A stretch of DNA of 64,000 nucleotides from Planctomycetota bacterium (GTDB taxonomy: Bacteria; Planctomycetota; Phycisphaerae; Phycisphaerales; SM1A02), in the NCBI GenBank assembly GCA_021414025.1, contig JAIOPG010000007.1:54008-118007 (forward strand). The letters are read 5' to 3'. The notes beneath the pieces are model-generated. The model did not search any database. It was given only the letters and a program-made list of their open reading frames with translations, and was not told where the DNA came from. Shown here one piece after another: positions 1 to 12,724 of this stretch (its first letter is position 1; the number at the start of each line of letters is the position of its first letter). A program made the position numbers and the translations under genes.

Positions 1-646
1 CGGGAGTTGAAATGCCGAATCCAACGGCCAGCGGCAAGGTCGTCTCGGCGCGAACTCGGCGCACCAATTCGTCGATGTCGGGCGCGCCGCCCTGCTCGCC
101 GGTGATGCCGGCCCTGGAAAGCAGATAGACGAAGCCGCGGCACATCGCGACGATTTTCTTGATTCGTTCCTGCGGCGTCAGCGGGGAGATCAGCATGGCC
201 AGCGCCATGCCGCTGGATTCCGCGGCGACCACGATCGGCCGCGCGGCGTCCAAATCGAGATCGGGAATGATGATTCCATCGAATCCCGAGGCGGCCAGCG
301 CGCGAATGAACTTCTCATTGCCCAGCCGCTGCACGATGGAGACGCTGACCATCGCCACCAGGCCCATGGCGATCCGCGGGCGGATGTGAGCCACTTCCTT
401 CAGGATGGATTCGGGTGTCGTTCCCTTCAAAAGGGAGTGATGCATCGCCTGCGCGATGACCGGTCCGTCGGCGATCGGATCCGAGAATGGGATGCCGATT
501 TCCACGATCGAACTCCCGGCTTTTTGAAGGGCTTCCAGCGTCGACGCCAGGGTGCCCGGAGCGGGAAATCCCGCCACCACGAAAGGCATCAGCGCCTTGC
601 GCTTCTTCGCGCGCAGTTCCGCGAAAATCTTCTCGATACGATTCAC
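1..646 (-). CDS. trpA: Tryptophan synthase alpha subunit (3' end runs off the window)
   Basis: Not in the ORF track because it is truncated. My minus-strand translation from GTG at 646-644 gives VNRIEKIFAELRAKKRKALMPFVVAGFP...SIVEIGIPFSDPIADGPVIAQAM...GFVYLLSRAGITGEQ...LPLAVGFGIS. These are hallmark TrpA motifs. Confidence 0.85.
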   Translation of the reverse strand, partial: MNRIEKIFAELRAKKRKALMPFVVAGFPAPGTLASTLEALQKAGSSIVEIGIPFSDPIADGPVIAQAMHHSLLKGTTPESILKEVAHIRPRIAMGLVAMVSVSIVQRLGNEKFIRALAASGFDGIIIPDLDLDAARPIVVAAESSGMALAMLISPLTPQERIKKIVAMCRGFVYLLSRAGITGEQGGAPDIDELVRRVRAETTLPLAVGFGISTP

Positions 647-670
647 AGTCGGATACTACAGTCGGCGGAT

Positions 671-744
671 GGCCTAGTAGCTCAGTGGCCCAGAGCGTCT
701 GACTCATAATCGGAAAGACCTCGGTTCGAATCCGAGCTAGGCTA
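671..744 (+). tRNA. tRNA with anticodon CAT (elongator Met or lysidine-modified Ile2; not initiator)
   Basis: 74-nt cloverleaf. Acceptor GGCCTAG/CTAGGCT with a G1-U72 pair, D-arm GCTC..GAGC, anticodon stem TCTGA/TCGGA with loop CTCATAA (CAT at 705-707), T-arm CTCGG-TTCGAAT-CCGAG. Confidence 0.85.
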
Positions 745-760
745 TTTTTGAAAGGACCCC

Positions 761-1687
761 ATGCACCACACCCACAATCCTTGCCGCTCGCGCGCACCGC
801 GGACCGCCGCCGGCCCTGTTCGAATCTTCCAGGCGCCGCCTGTGATCATCGCGCTCCTGCTGCTCGGCGCGGTTGCACTCGCGCCGGCCGCCTGCACCAC
901 GGTTGCGGGCACAAACCGCAAGCAGTTCAATGTCTATTCCACGAGCGAAGAGAAATCGATGGGTCAGCAGGCCTATCAGGAGGAGATGAAGGGAGCCAAG
1001 GTCCTCAGCTCCGGCCCCGTCAACGACCGCATCCAGACCATCGGCGCGCGGATTGCCGCGGCGGCCAAGCAGCGCTATCCCGAGATGGCCAATTCGATGG
1101 CGTGGCAATGGACCGTGGTCGACGACCCCAAGATGGTGAATGCCTGGATGCTTCCCGGCGGCTACGGCGCGGTCTACACGGGAATCATCGATTTTGCCCA
1201 GTCGGACGACGAGATCGCCGTGGTCATGGGCCATGAAGCCTCCCATGCGATCGCCCGTCACGGCGGAGAGCGCATGTCCAGCGGCGCCGCCGCGCAATTG
1301 GGAGCCGCCGCTGCGGGCGCCGCGACCAACAGCAGCGCCGTGGCCCAGGCCGCCGCGCTGGGACTTCAGGGCGGCGTGCTGCTGCCCTACAGCCGGATGC
1401 AGGAAAGCGAAGCGGACAATCTCGGCCTGCTCATCGCGGCCCAGGCGGGCTATGACCCCCGCACCGCGATCACGCTGTGGAAGCGGATGCAATCCCGCGG
1501 CGGAACCACCTTCGAGTGGCTCTCCACGCATCCCAGCGAGGGGACCCGCATCGAGCGCCTGCAGGAGGAGATGCCCGAGGCCTACGCCATCTACAAGAAG
1601 ACGCAGGGCGAGAAAAGTTCCGCCGCCCCCACCGCTCCGGCCGGCACGCCGGCTCCCGCGAGCAATGCAGCGCCGAAGGGAAAATGA
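761..1687 (+). CDS. M48-family zinc metallopeptidase, probable lipoprotein
   Basis: HEXXH motif (VMGHEASHAI) with downstream ESEAD, as in LoiP/YcaL-type M48 peptidases. Hydrophobic N-terminus ending in the lipobox-like APAAC. Confidence 0.85.
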   Translation: MHHTHNPCRSRAPRTAAGPVRIFQAPPVIIALLLLGAVALAPAACTTVAGTNRKQFNVYSTSEEKSMGQQAYQEEMKGAKVLSSGPVNDRIQTIGARIAAAAKQRYPEMANSMAWQWTVVDDPKMVNAWMLPGGYGAVYTGIIDFAQSDDEIAVVMGHEASHAIARHGGERMSSGAAAQLGAAAAGAATNSSAVAQAAALGLQGGVLLPYSRMQESEADNLGLLIAAQAGYDPRTAITLWKRMQSRGGTTFEWLSTHPSEGTRIERLQEEMPEAYAIYKKTQGEKSSAAPTAPAGTPAPASNAAPKGK

Positions 1688-1689
1688 CT

Positions 1690-3855
1690 TCAGGCGCGAT
1701 CGCGCCGCAATGACCACTTCAATCGCAGCGCGTTGCCGACCACGCTGACGTCGCTGCAGGCCATGGCGGCCGCGGCGATGGCCGGACCGTACACCCCAAG
1801 CAATGCGAAGGCCGCCAGTGGAATGGCCACGACGTTGTAGACGAAGGCCAGAAAGAGATTTTGCCGCATGCAGCGCAGCGTCGCCCGCGAGATGCGGATC
1901 ATGGCCGGCAGCGCCGCGAGCCGACCGCCGACCAGCACCACCGGGGCGCTTTCACCGGCGATCGACGTGCCGCTTCCCATGGCGACCCCCAGACCCGCGG
2001 CCGCCAGCGCCGCCGAGTCATTGACGCCGTCCCCCACCATGATGGCTCGCTCGCCGAAGCGGCGGATGACCTCGAGCTTTCCCTCCGGCGTCGAGTCGGC
2101 CGTCACCATGTCCGGATCGATGCCGGATTCCTTCGCAATCCGCAGCGCCTCGGGCCGCCGATCGCCCGTGACCAGTCCCACGGACATCCCATGGGCGCGC
2201 AGGGATTCGACTACTTGCCTCGCTCCCTCCCGAAGCGAGTCCGCCAAGGCGAAGCGAGCCGCGGCGACGCCATCGACCAGGAGCACGCACGAGGCAGTCG
2301 CGTCGCGGCGCATCTCCACAGTGAGGCCGCCGACGCGGGCTCGAACCCCGAGCCCCGGCGTCGACTCGAAGCCCGTCGCAGCGGGAATCGCCACCGATGC
2401 CTCGGCGGCGCGGCGCAGGATGGCCCGCGCGATGGGGTGCTCGCTGCCGTGTTCCACCGAAGCGGCAAGAGCGATCACCTCCTGAAGCGAAAGTGTTCCC
2501 AGCAGCTCGATGCCGGTCACCACGGGCTCGCCGCGGGTCAGCGTTCCGGTTTTGTCGAAGAGAACCGTGTCGACGCGACCGGCACGCTCCAGGGCCGCCG
2601 CGTCCTTAATCAGGATGCCGCGCAGACTCGCCTCGCCGGCGCCCACCATCACCGCCATCGGGCCGGCCAGCCCCAGCGCGCATGGGCAGGAAATGATCAG
2701 CACCGTCGTTGCCGCCGCGATGCCGGTCGGCCATGAACCCGCGAGTCCCCAGCCGATCGCCGCGGCGGCCGCGATCGCAAGCACCAGCGGAACGAAAACC
2801 GACGCGACGCGGTCGGCCATGCGCTGGATGGGCGGGCGGCTGGTCTGCGCCCGCTGCACCAGCCGGGCGATGCGGCCCAGCGAGGTGGTCCGGCCCGAGG
2901 TCGTGGCCCGCACATGCAGCATGCCCGAGAAGCACATCGTGCCGGCGCTCACCGGCTCGCCCACGCCGCGCCGAACCGGCAGCGGCTCCCCGGTCATGAC
3001 GGACTCGTCCAGGTCCGCCTCGCCAAAGGCGATGACGCCGTCGACGGGAACCCGTCCGCCCGGCCGCACCATGATGAGGTCTGATTCTTTGATGTCCTGC
3101 GAGCGGATCGATGCGCTCGCGCCGACCGCGTCGAGGCGCTCGGCCTGCTCGGGCTGAAGCTCCAGCAATTCGCGGACCGCCATGCCCGCGGACTTGGTGG
3201 CACGGGCCTCGAACCAGTGGCCCAGTGAAATGATCGCCAGCAGCGCCGCCGCCTCGCTGAACCAGGTCGTCTCTCCCTGCAAGGCATCGAAGCGCTGCGC
3301 AAGGAAGATCACCAGGCTGGCGACGTAGGCGGTCGTCGCGCCCAGGGCGATCAGGACATCCATGTTGGTGCGTCCGACGCGCAAGGCCGTCCACGCGCTG
3401 CGCCAGAAGCCGCTGCCTACGAGCACCATGGAGAGCGTGCTTCCGGCCAGCAGGATCGCATCCACCGTGGAATTGTGCGTCCCCCGCGACATGGAGATCC
3501 AGTGCAAAGTTTCCATGGGAATCCAGATCGCGAATCCGATCTGGCTGCGTCGCCTCCATTGTCGCTCCGATCGAATCTGGCTCTGCTCCGCCTCGGCCTG
3601 CAGCGCCGCGGAATCCAGCTCGGACTCGACGGGTTCGGCCTTGTAGCCGCTTCGAACCACGGCCTTCACCAGATCTCCGTCCGAACATGCGGCGTCGGTC
3701 TCGACCGTGGCGAGGCCGCCGACGTGATCGACGCTGGCTCGGTGAACGCCGCGCTGGGACTCCAGCTCTCTCTGGACCGTCAAGCCGCAGCTGGCGCAAT
3801 GCATCCCCTGGATCCGCAAAACATGGGTTTGAGGGGAAGTTATGGTTGCCGACAC
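1690..3855 (-). CDS. copA: Heavy-metal (probably Cu+) translocating P1B-type ATPase
   Basis: N-terminal HMA domain with GMHCASCG, transmembrane CPC motif (ISCPCALGLA), DKTGTLT phosphorylation site, GDGVNDS hinge, and a YN motif in the following TM helix as in Cu-type P1B-1 pumps. Confidence 0.85.
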   Translation of the reverse strand: MSATITSPQTHVLRIQGMHCASCGLTVQRELESQRGVHRASVDHVGGLATVETDAACSDGDLVKAVVRSGYKAEPVESELDSAALQAEAEQSQIRSERQWRRRSQIGFAIWIPMETLHWISMSRGTHNSTVDAILLAGSTLSMVLVGSGFWRSAWTALRVGRTNMDVLIALGATTAYVASLVIFLAQRFDALQGETTWFSEAAALLAIISLGHWFEARATKSAGMAVRELLELQPEQAERLDAVGASASIRSQDIKESDLIMVRPGGRVPVDGVIAFGEADLDESVMTGEPLPVRRGVGEPVSAGTMCFSGMLHVRATTSGRTTSLGRIARLVQRAQTSRPPIQRMADRVASVFVPLVLAIAAAAAIGWGLAGSWPTGIAAATTVLIISCPCALGLAGPMAVMVGAGEASLRGILIKDAAALERAGRVDTVLFDKTGTLTRGEPVVTGIELLGTLSLQEVIALAASVEHGSEHPIARAILRRAAEASVAIPAATGFESTPGLGVRARVGGLTVEMRRDATASCVLLVDGVAAARFALADSLREGARQVVESLRAHGMSVGLVTGDRRPEALRIAKESGIDPDMVTADSTPEGKLEVIRRFGERAIMVGDGVNDSAALAAAGLGVAMGSGTSIAGESAPVVLVGGRLAALPAMIRISRATLRCMRQNLFLAFVYNVVAIPLAAFALLGVYGPAIAAAAMACSDVSVVGNALRLKWSLRRDRA

Positions 3856-3923
3856 AATCGAATGATAGAACTTTCGTCCTCTTTCACTTGCCGCAGGGCC
3901 ACCTCCTCGCGTAGGCTCGATCC

Positions 3924-4226
3924 GTGCTCGAGAAGCGCTCCACAGTCCATCTTCGCCCCGCCGCCCTGATCGCGGTGATGTTCCTCAGCGCCATGGCGGT
4001 CACCGTCCTCGCCGGAAGCGGAATGGGTGCGGTGCACGCCAATTGCTCGCTGTGTTCGTTCACGCCCGTGACCGGGGCGCCCAACGCCGCCGGAGTGGTC
4101 GCCCCATCGTCGCTCTGCACCGCCTGCGGCACGATTCCGACCGCATCGACCGCAACCGTGTGCGCGGAGACCCCCTCCGATGCCGCGGCCTGGAAAGTCC
4201 TGGACCTGCCTCCGCCCACGCGCTGA
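3924..4226 (+). CDS. Hypothetical small signal-anchored protein with two CXXC motifs
   Basis: GTG start. Hydrophobic N-terminal segment (LIAVMFLSAMAVTVLAGSG), then CSLC and CTAC motifs plus a fifth Cys. High third-position GC is consistent with coding. Divergent from the P-type ATPase gene. Confidence 0.4.
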   Translation: MLEKRSTVHLRPAALIAVMFLSAMAVTVLAGSGMGAVHANCSLCSFTPVTGAPNAAGVVAPSSLCTACGTIPTASTATVCAETPSDAAAWKVLDLPPPTR

Positions 4227-4313
4227 GTCGGACCGGACCCTTTCCCTCTTTTTTCAAGACCATCACTGCGTTTCGCCGTTGGGCGCGGCGCACTCTTTTC
4301 AGGAGCCACTTCC

Positions 4314-8369
<4,056 letters not shown>

Positions 8370-8418
8370 GAAGGATCACCTTGCCGAGGTGTTCCGGCTT
8401 CGTTACGCTCCTCCCTTC

Positions 8419-8491
<73 letters not shown>

Positions 8492-8538
8492 TTCGACCAC
8501 TTTCGTGAAGTCCGGCCACGACTCGAAAGTGCAGGAAA

Positions 8539-8566
8539 GCCCCCGAGTTCTCGGGGGTTTTTTCAT
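8539..8566 (+). terminator. Rho-independent terminator downstream of tRNA-Lys
   Basis: GC-rich hairpin CCCCCGAG-TTC-TCGGGGG followed by a run of six T. Confidence 0.5.
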
Positions 8567-8592
8567 TTTGATATTGGGTCGGATTCCGCATC

Positions 8593-8994
8593 TCACGGCT
8601 TCTTCGGCGGCGTCAGATCCTTGGTTGGCAGCGACACGCTTCCATCGGCCAGGATGGCCGCCACGATCCGCACTCCGTCCTTGTCCATCAACGTCACGCT
8701 CGCATCTCCATTGACATAGGTTGATGCAACGATCCGTTTCGTTCCGTTCTGGTCGTACCACGCCACACCCACCTTGCCATTGTCGTTGGTTTCCGAGGCG
8801 ATCCTCACCTTGCCGTCCGCGTCCACGACTTTCCATCCCTTGCACGTGATCATGTCGAACGTTGCATCGCCGGCCGGTCGGACCGCCGCGATGAGTCCAC
8901 CCGAAAACATGATCCCAAGAAGTCCGATGTTGAGCAGACGCTGACGCTTGACGCTGGTTTGCAATGATGCGAGTTGCTGTTGAATGTTGGCCAT
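8593..8994 (-). CDS. Hypothetical membrane-anchored protein with short internal D-x-(D/N)-G-x-x-R-I-like repeats
   Basis: ORF with one N-terminal TM segment (LLNIGLLGIMFSGGLIAAV). This is followed by repeated DADGKVRIA / DQNGTKRIV / DKDGVRIVA units. No recognisable family. Confidence 0.55.
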   Translation of the reverse strand: MANIQQQLASLQTSVKRQRLLNIGLLGIMFSGGLIAAVRPAGDATFDMITCKGWKVVDADGKVRIASETNDNGKVGVAWYDQNGTKRIVASTYVNGDASVTLMDKDGVRIVAAILADGSVSLPTKDLTPPKKP

Positions 8995-9015
8995 GCGGCA
9001 AGGATAGGGCTGCCA

Positions 9016-9294
9016 TCACCAGCGCAGCCACGCCAGCAGCGGCAGCAGCATGGCGGCCACCAGCAGCAGCACGATGAGCACGGTGCGCGCCCTGCGCGTC
9101 CGCTCCTTCAGCGGGGGCCGGCGCAGCCGCTGCCCTTCGATGAAGCAGAAGCACTTGGGGCAGATCTCCGCGTCGGGATGCATCTCACTGCCGCAATCCG
9201 GGCAGTAGACCACCGCGCTTTCGGCGTCGGGAGCGTCCACGCCGTAGCGCCGGAGATCCTCCTCGCTGGGTCCTTCGTCGCGGTGCCTGGCCAT
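9016..9294 (-). CDS. Zinc-ribbon protein with C-terminal transmembrane helix
   Basis: CPDCG...CPKC four-cysteine zinc-ribbon pattern, then a basic stretch and a hydrophobic tail (VLIVLLLVAAMLLPLLAWL). Confidence 0.6.
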   Translation of the reverse strand: MARHRDEGPSEEDLRRYGVDAPDAESAVVYCPDCGSEMHPDAEICPKCFCFIEGQRLRRPPLKERTRRARTVLIVLLLVAAMLLPLLAWLRW

Positions 9295-9337
9295 TCAAAA
9301 AAGTCTACGATGAAGCGGTCCGTCCGCACCTGACAAA

Positions 9338-9907
9338 ATGGAGATCCGCATGGCCGCCACCGAAAGCTGCATGACTGCACTGAAAACCCCACTGCCCCGC
9401 TTCGACCTGCCCGACACCACTTCCGGCCGCCGCGTGCGCTCCGGCGACTTCGCCGGCCGTCCGGTGCTGGTGATGTTCATCTGCAACCACTGCCCCTTCG
9501 TCGTGCATGTGCGCGGCGAGCTCGCCAAGTTGGGCAAGGACTACGCCTCCAAGCTCGCCATCGTCGCCATTTCGAGCAATGACGTTGGCACGCACCCGCA
9601 GGACGGCCCCGAACACATGGCCAAGGAAGCGAAGAACGCCGGCTACACCTTCCCCTACTGCTTCGACGAGACCCAGGAAGTGGCGCGGCAATTTCAGGCG
9701 GCTTGCACCCCGGATTTCTTCCTCTACGACGCCGCCCACAAGCTCGCCTACCGCGGGCAGCTCGATGACAGCCGGCCCAAGAACACGCTGCCGGTCGATG
9801 GCAAGCATCTTCGCGCCGCGATCGACGCGGTGCTGGCCGGTCGCTCCGCGAACACGGAGCAAAAGCCGAGCATCGGATGCAACATCAAATGGAAAGCCAT
9901 GGCCTGA
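9338..9907 (+). CDS. Thioredoxin-fold thiol-disulfide oxidoreductase (AhpC/TSA-redoxin-like)
   Basis: FICNHCPFV active-site-like CXXC-variant motif. Length and pattern match thioredoxin-family proteins. Confidence 0.75.
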   Translation: MEIRMAATESCMTALKTPLPRFDLPDTTSGRRVRSGDFAGRPVLVMFICNHCPFVVHVRGELAKLGKDYASKLAIVAISSNDVGTHPQDGPEHMAKEAKNAGYTFPYCFDETQEVARQFQAACTPDFFLYDAAHKLAYRGQLDDSRPKNTLPVDGKHLRAAIDAVLAGRSANTEQKPSIGCNIKWKAMA

Positions 9908-9952
9908 CGCGCGAGGGCGCCCGATTCGACCTTGTGCGATTTCGCCGCGCCG

Positions 9953-10756
9953 CTAGGGAAGCGGCTTGATCCGGATGTTGCGGAAGGCGACCTCATCGCC
10001 GTGGTCCTGCAGCGCGATGTGACCCTTGGTCTTGGTTGCGTAGAGCGGGACTTTCGAGAATTTGCTCGCCGCAAGCCGGGTTTTCCAATCCGCGCTGCCG
10101 ACATCAAACGAGCAGGTCTGCACGCCGTTCAAGTAGTACTCCACATGGTTGCCGTTGCAGAGGATGCGCACCGAGTTCCACTGGCCGACGGGCTTCACGA
10201 CGCCTTTGGGCGCAGGATGCAGGGCATAGTTGGATCCGGCGCAGGTGAGCCGGTCCTTGCCATCGTTGTGCGCATCATCGTCAAGGATCTGCATCTCGGG
10301 GCCCGTCTCGTACGTGGCCTCCGCATCTTCGGAGACGTGGTACATGATGCCGGAGTTGCCGCCCTTCTGGATCTTCCAGTCAAGGGTCAGATCGAAGTTC
10401 TGGAATTGCTCGCGCGTGATCAGGTCGCCGCCCGGTCCGGTGCGCACCAGGCAGCTGTCCTTGACGGTCCAACCGGACGGAAAGGAATCCTTCTTGAATC
10501 CGCGGAAGGTCTTGGCCGGATCGCCGCCGTCAAAGAGCGTGATCCAACCCTCGCCCGGCACCGCCGCCGTCGCAGCGGGCGCCGTCGCCGGAGGAGTTTT
10601 CGTTGCGCCCGCCGTTGCATCCGATGGATTGGTCGTTGTCGCCGGCTCCGGGGAAGGCGCGGAGGATTGATTCTGCGGACTCGTGCATGCGGCCAGAATC
10701 ACGCCGAAGCTCAAGACCATCGGCGCTCCGCAGGATTTGATGAATGAGGCACTCAT
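9953..10756 (-). CDS. DUF1080 (3-keto-disaccharide hydrolase-like) domain lipoprotein
   Basis: Lipobox VILAAC. The C-terminal region carries the typical DUF1080 strings GWTVKD..., GNSGIMYH, and LQDHGDEVAFRNIRIKPL. Confidence 0.8.
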   Translation of the reverse strand: MSASFIKSCGAPMVLSFGVILAACTSPQNQSSAPSPEPATTTNPSDATAGATKTPPATAPAATAAVPGEGWITLFDGGDPAKTFRGFKKDSFPSGWTVKDSCLVRTGPGGDLITREQFQNFDLTLDWKIQKGGNSGIMYHVSEDAEATYETGPEMQILDDDAHNDGKDRLTCAGSNYALHPAPKGVVKPVGQWNSVRILCNGNHVEYYLNGVQTCSFDVGSADWKTRLAASKFSKVPLYATKTKGHIALQDHGDEVAFRNIRIKPLP

Positions 10757-10798
10757 GACATCATGGTGACCTCGTCAGCCGCTTCCTGCAATAGGTTT

Positions 10799-11362
10799 TC
10801 ACAACCCTGTGGAAGAATCTTGCACTTCTTTTTCCACCCCCTGCAAGGAGGCGACGACCAACCAGACCACGCTGGACAGCATGCACCCAATGAAGGCAAA
10901 GAGTGGCCAGACCGGCAAGGTCGCCCAAACCCCGGTGGCCACAAGGGAGCTTGCCGCGACCAGGAACAACCACATCGCACAGAGAAGCAATCGCAGCACC
11001 CCGATCAAACGCAGCACCGGATTGATGGAGCGAAGGCGGGCCTCTGAATTCAATGCATACCACCTTCTCGATGGCATGTTGACGTATTGCGGATGGTTCA
11101 GGGTCATCCAGCGGACCAAGGGATAGATCAAACCCAGCCCAAGGTTCATGAAGGTCGCCAACAAAGGCAGGAAAAACCAAGTCGCCATGCTTTTGTCCGC
11201 GAAGGAATCGGGCCGGCCAAGCAGATCGAAGTGGATCGGGATCCGGGCCGGCAGCCCCGGCCAGGCGCGAGCGGCTTCGAGCCAGGTCAATGCCAGGATG
11301 ATCCAGGATCCCCATGCAATCCAACGCTCCGTGCCACGTCTTTGCCGGGTGGTATCGATCAC
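10799..11362 (-). CDS. DUF1648-like integral membrane protein
   Basis: Four predicted TM helices. The first loop has the DUF1648 pattern LPARIPIHFDLLGRPD. Confidence 0.6.
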   Translation of the reverse strand: MIDTTRQRRGTERWIAWGSWIILALTWLEAARAWPGLPARIPIHFDLLGRPDSFADKSMATWFFLPLLATFMNLGLGLIYPLVRWMTLNHPQYVNMPSRRWYALNSEARLRSINPVLRLIGVLRLLLCAMWLFLVAASSLVATGVWATLPVWPLFAFIGCMLSSVVWLVVASLQGVEKEVQDSSTGL

Positions 11363-11431
11363 GCAGGGCTACATTAACATCCTCGCCCGCCGTTCCGCGG
11401 GGCGATACCTCTGATAGCAAAGGACCTCACC

Positions 11432-12262
11432 GTGCGACACAATCACATCAAGCATCGTTGGAATGTGTTCTCAGGCGCCGCGGCTTTCACCCTGCTGATG
11501 GCCGGACTCCTGTCCGCTGGCGCCTTCACGCACCAGGATGCGGGTTCGGCCAAGCCCACCGAAAAGGTGCTCGCCGGCGAGAAGCGCGAAGGCAAGGCCA
11601 GCGCGAAGAGCGACTGGATCTTCCCCGAATGCGCCAAGGTGGATCTGGCGGCGATCGTGGGTCCGCCTCCGGCACTGGGATCGCCTGAGCAGCTCGCCGA
11701 CATCAGCACGGTGCTCTTCGAGCAGACCGACCGGAACGCCCTGGACGAGGAGACCGCGTGGACCGGCGTGAATGTGGACGTGCCCTTCTTCAACCGCGCC
11801 CTGGGCGCGCGCTTCGAGCGTGACTGGTACCCAAAGACCTACGCGCTGGTCATGGACGCCATCAAGGACACGAAGAAGGCCAACGACGCCGCGAAGAAGA
11901 ACTTCAAGCGGCCGCGCCCCTACGCCACCGATGCACGCGTGAAACCCTGCATTCCGCTGGAGGACTCCTTTTGCTATCCCAGCGGCCACGCCATCCGCGC
12001 GATGGTGATGAGCCTGGTGCTGACCGATCTCGTTCCCGAGCGCGCCGAGCAACTGGCCAAGTACGCCCAGTTGTGCGGATACTCGCGGGTTCAGGGGGGC
12101 GTGCACTACCCGACCGACATCCTCGCCGGCTTCAAAGGCGCGGCCGAACTGGCCAAGGCGATCCTGGCCAGTCCCGAATGGGCCGCACGCAAGGCAGAAG
12201 TGATGGACGAAGTGGCCCAGCTCAAGAAGCACTCGACCTGGGGCGGAAACATTCCGCACTGA
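11432..12262 (+). CDS. PAP2-family (class A) acid phosphatase
   Basis: GTG start and signal peptide. All three PAP2 motifs are present: KRPRPY, PSGHA, SRVQGGVHYPTD. Confidence 0.85.
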   Translation: MRHNHIKHRWNVFSGAAAFTLLMAGLLSAGAFTHQDAGSAKPTEKVLAGEKREGKASAKSDWIFPECAKVDLAAIVGPPPALGSPEQLADISTVLFEQTDRNALDEETAWTGVNVDVPFFNRALGARFERDWYPKTYALVMDAIKDTKKANDAAKKNFKRPRPYATDARVKPCIPLEDSFCYPSGHAIRAMVMSLVLTDLVPERAEQLAKYAQLCGYSRVQGGVHYPTDILAGFKGAAELAKAILASPEWAARKAEVMDEVAQLKKHSTWGGNIPH

Positions 12263-12316
12263 GAGCGCTTTGACCTCCGCGGTGAGCCGATGTGGACGTG
12301 AAAGAGGTGGCCTGGT

Positions 12317-12586
12317 CTAGCGCGCTTTCTCGGGGGCCAGGCCGCAATCCTTTACGAAGTGGCGGATGGCCCCGATTTCGGCGTCGCTGTTGAGCGTGTG
12401 GTTGCCGCCCTTGGGAATGGAGAAGGACATTTCCTTCCCGGCGAGCTTTACCTTCAAGTGGTCCTTCTTGGTCTCGTCGCACACGGCGCCCAGCCCCTCG
12501 AACATGTGCACGATGTCCCGCCAGTGCAGGTTGTGGGACGTCGGATGCGCGAACAACTGCTTGAGCGTGTGGTCAACGTGTGCCAT
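12317..12586 (-). CDS. Conserved-looking hypothetical protein (89 aa)
   Basis: High GC3 ORF beginning MAHVDHTLKQLFAHPTSHNLHWRDIVHMFEGLG. I do not recognise a named family with confidence. Confidence 0.55.
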   Translation of the reverse strand: MAHVDHTLKQLFAHPTSHNLHWRDIVHMFEGLGAVCDETKKDHLKVKLAGKEMSFSIPKGGNHTLNSDAEIGAIRHFVKDCGLAPEKAR

Positions 12587-12621
12587 GGGTCGAACTCCTG
12601 GGGAATCGCAAATCGCCGAAG

Positions 12622-12695
12622 TGGACTGTACTGGGCTCGAACCAGTGACCTTCTCCGTGTCATGGAGACGCGCTAGCCAACTGCGCCAACAGTCC
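12622..12695 (-). tRNA. tRNA-Val (anticodon GAC)
   Basis: The reverse complement folds as a 74-nt cloverleaf. Acceptor GGACTGT/ACAGTCC, anticodon stem TCTCC/GGAGA with loop ATGACAC, T-arm ACTGG-TTCGAGC-CCAGT. Confidence 0.9.
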
Positions 12696-12724
12696 GTGAG
12701 CGGAACAGTATACGCAATTCCACT

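Noticed and set aside
315-797. 160-aa minus-strand ORF spanning trpA, the tRNA and the M48 gene start
   Set aside because: It overlaps a well-supported tRNA and is out of frame with the clear TrpA reading frame, so it is an artefact.
8492-9300. Possible small genomic island next to tRNA-Lys (small hypothetical genes, seemingly lower GC)
   Set aside because: There is no integrase, no direct repeat of the tRNA 3' end and no mobility genes. I did not quantify the GC difference, and it may simply reflect short membrane-protein genes.
12317-12586. 89-aa protein as a HicA-like or other toxin-antitoxin component
   Set aside because: There is no partner gene in an operon arrangement, and I cannot confidently recognise any TA family motif.
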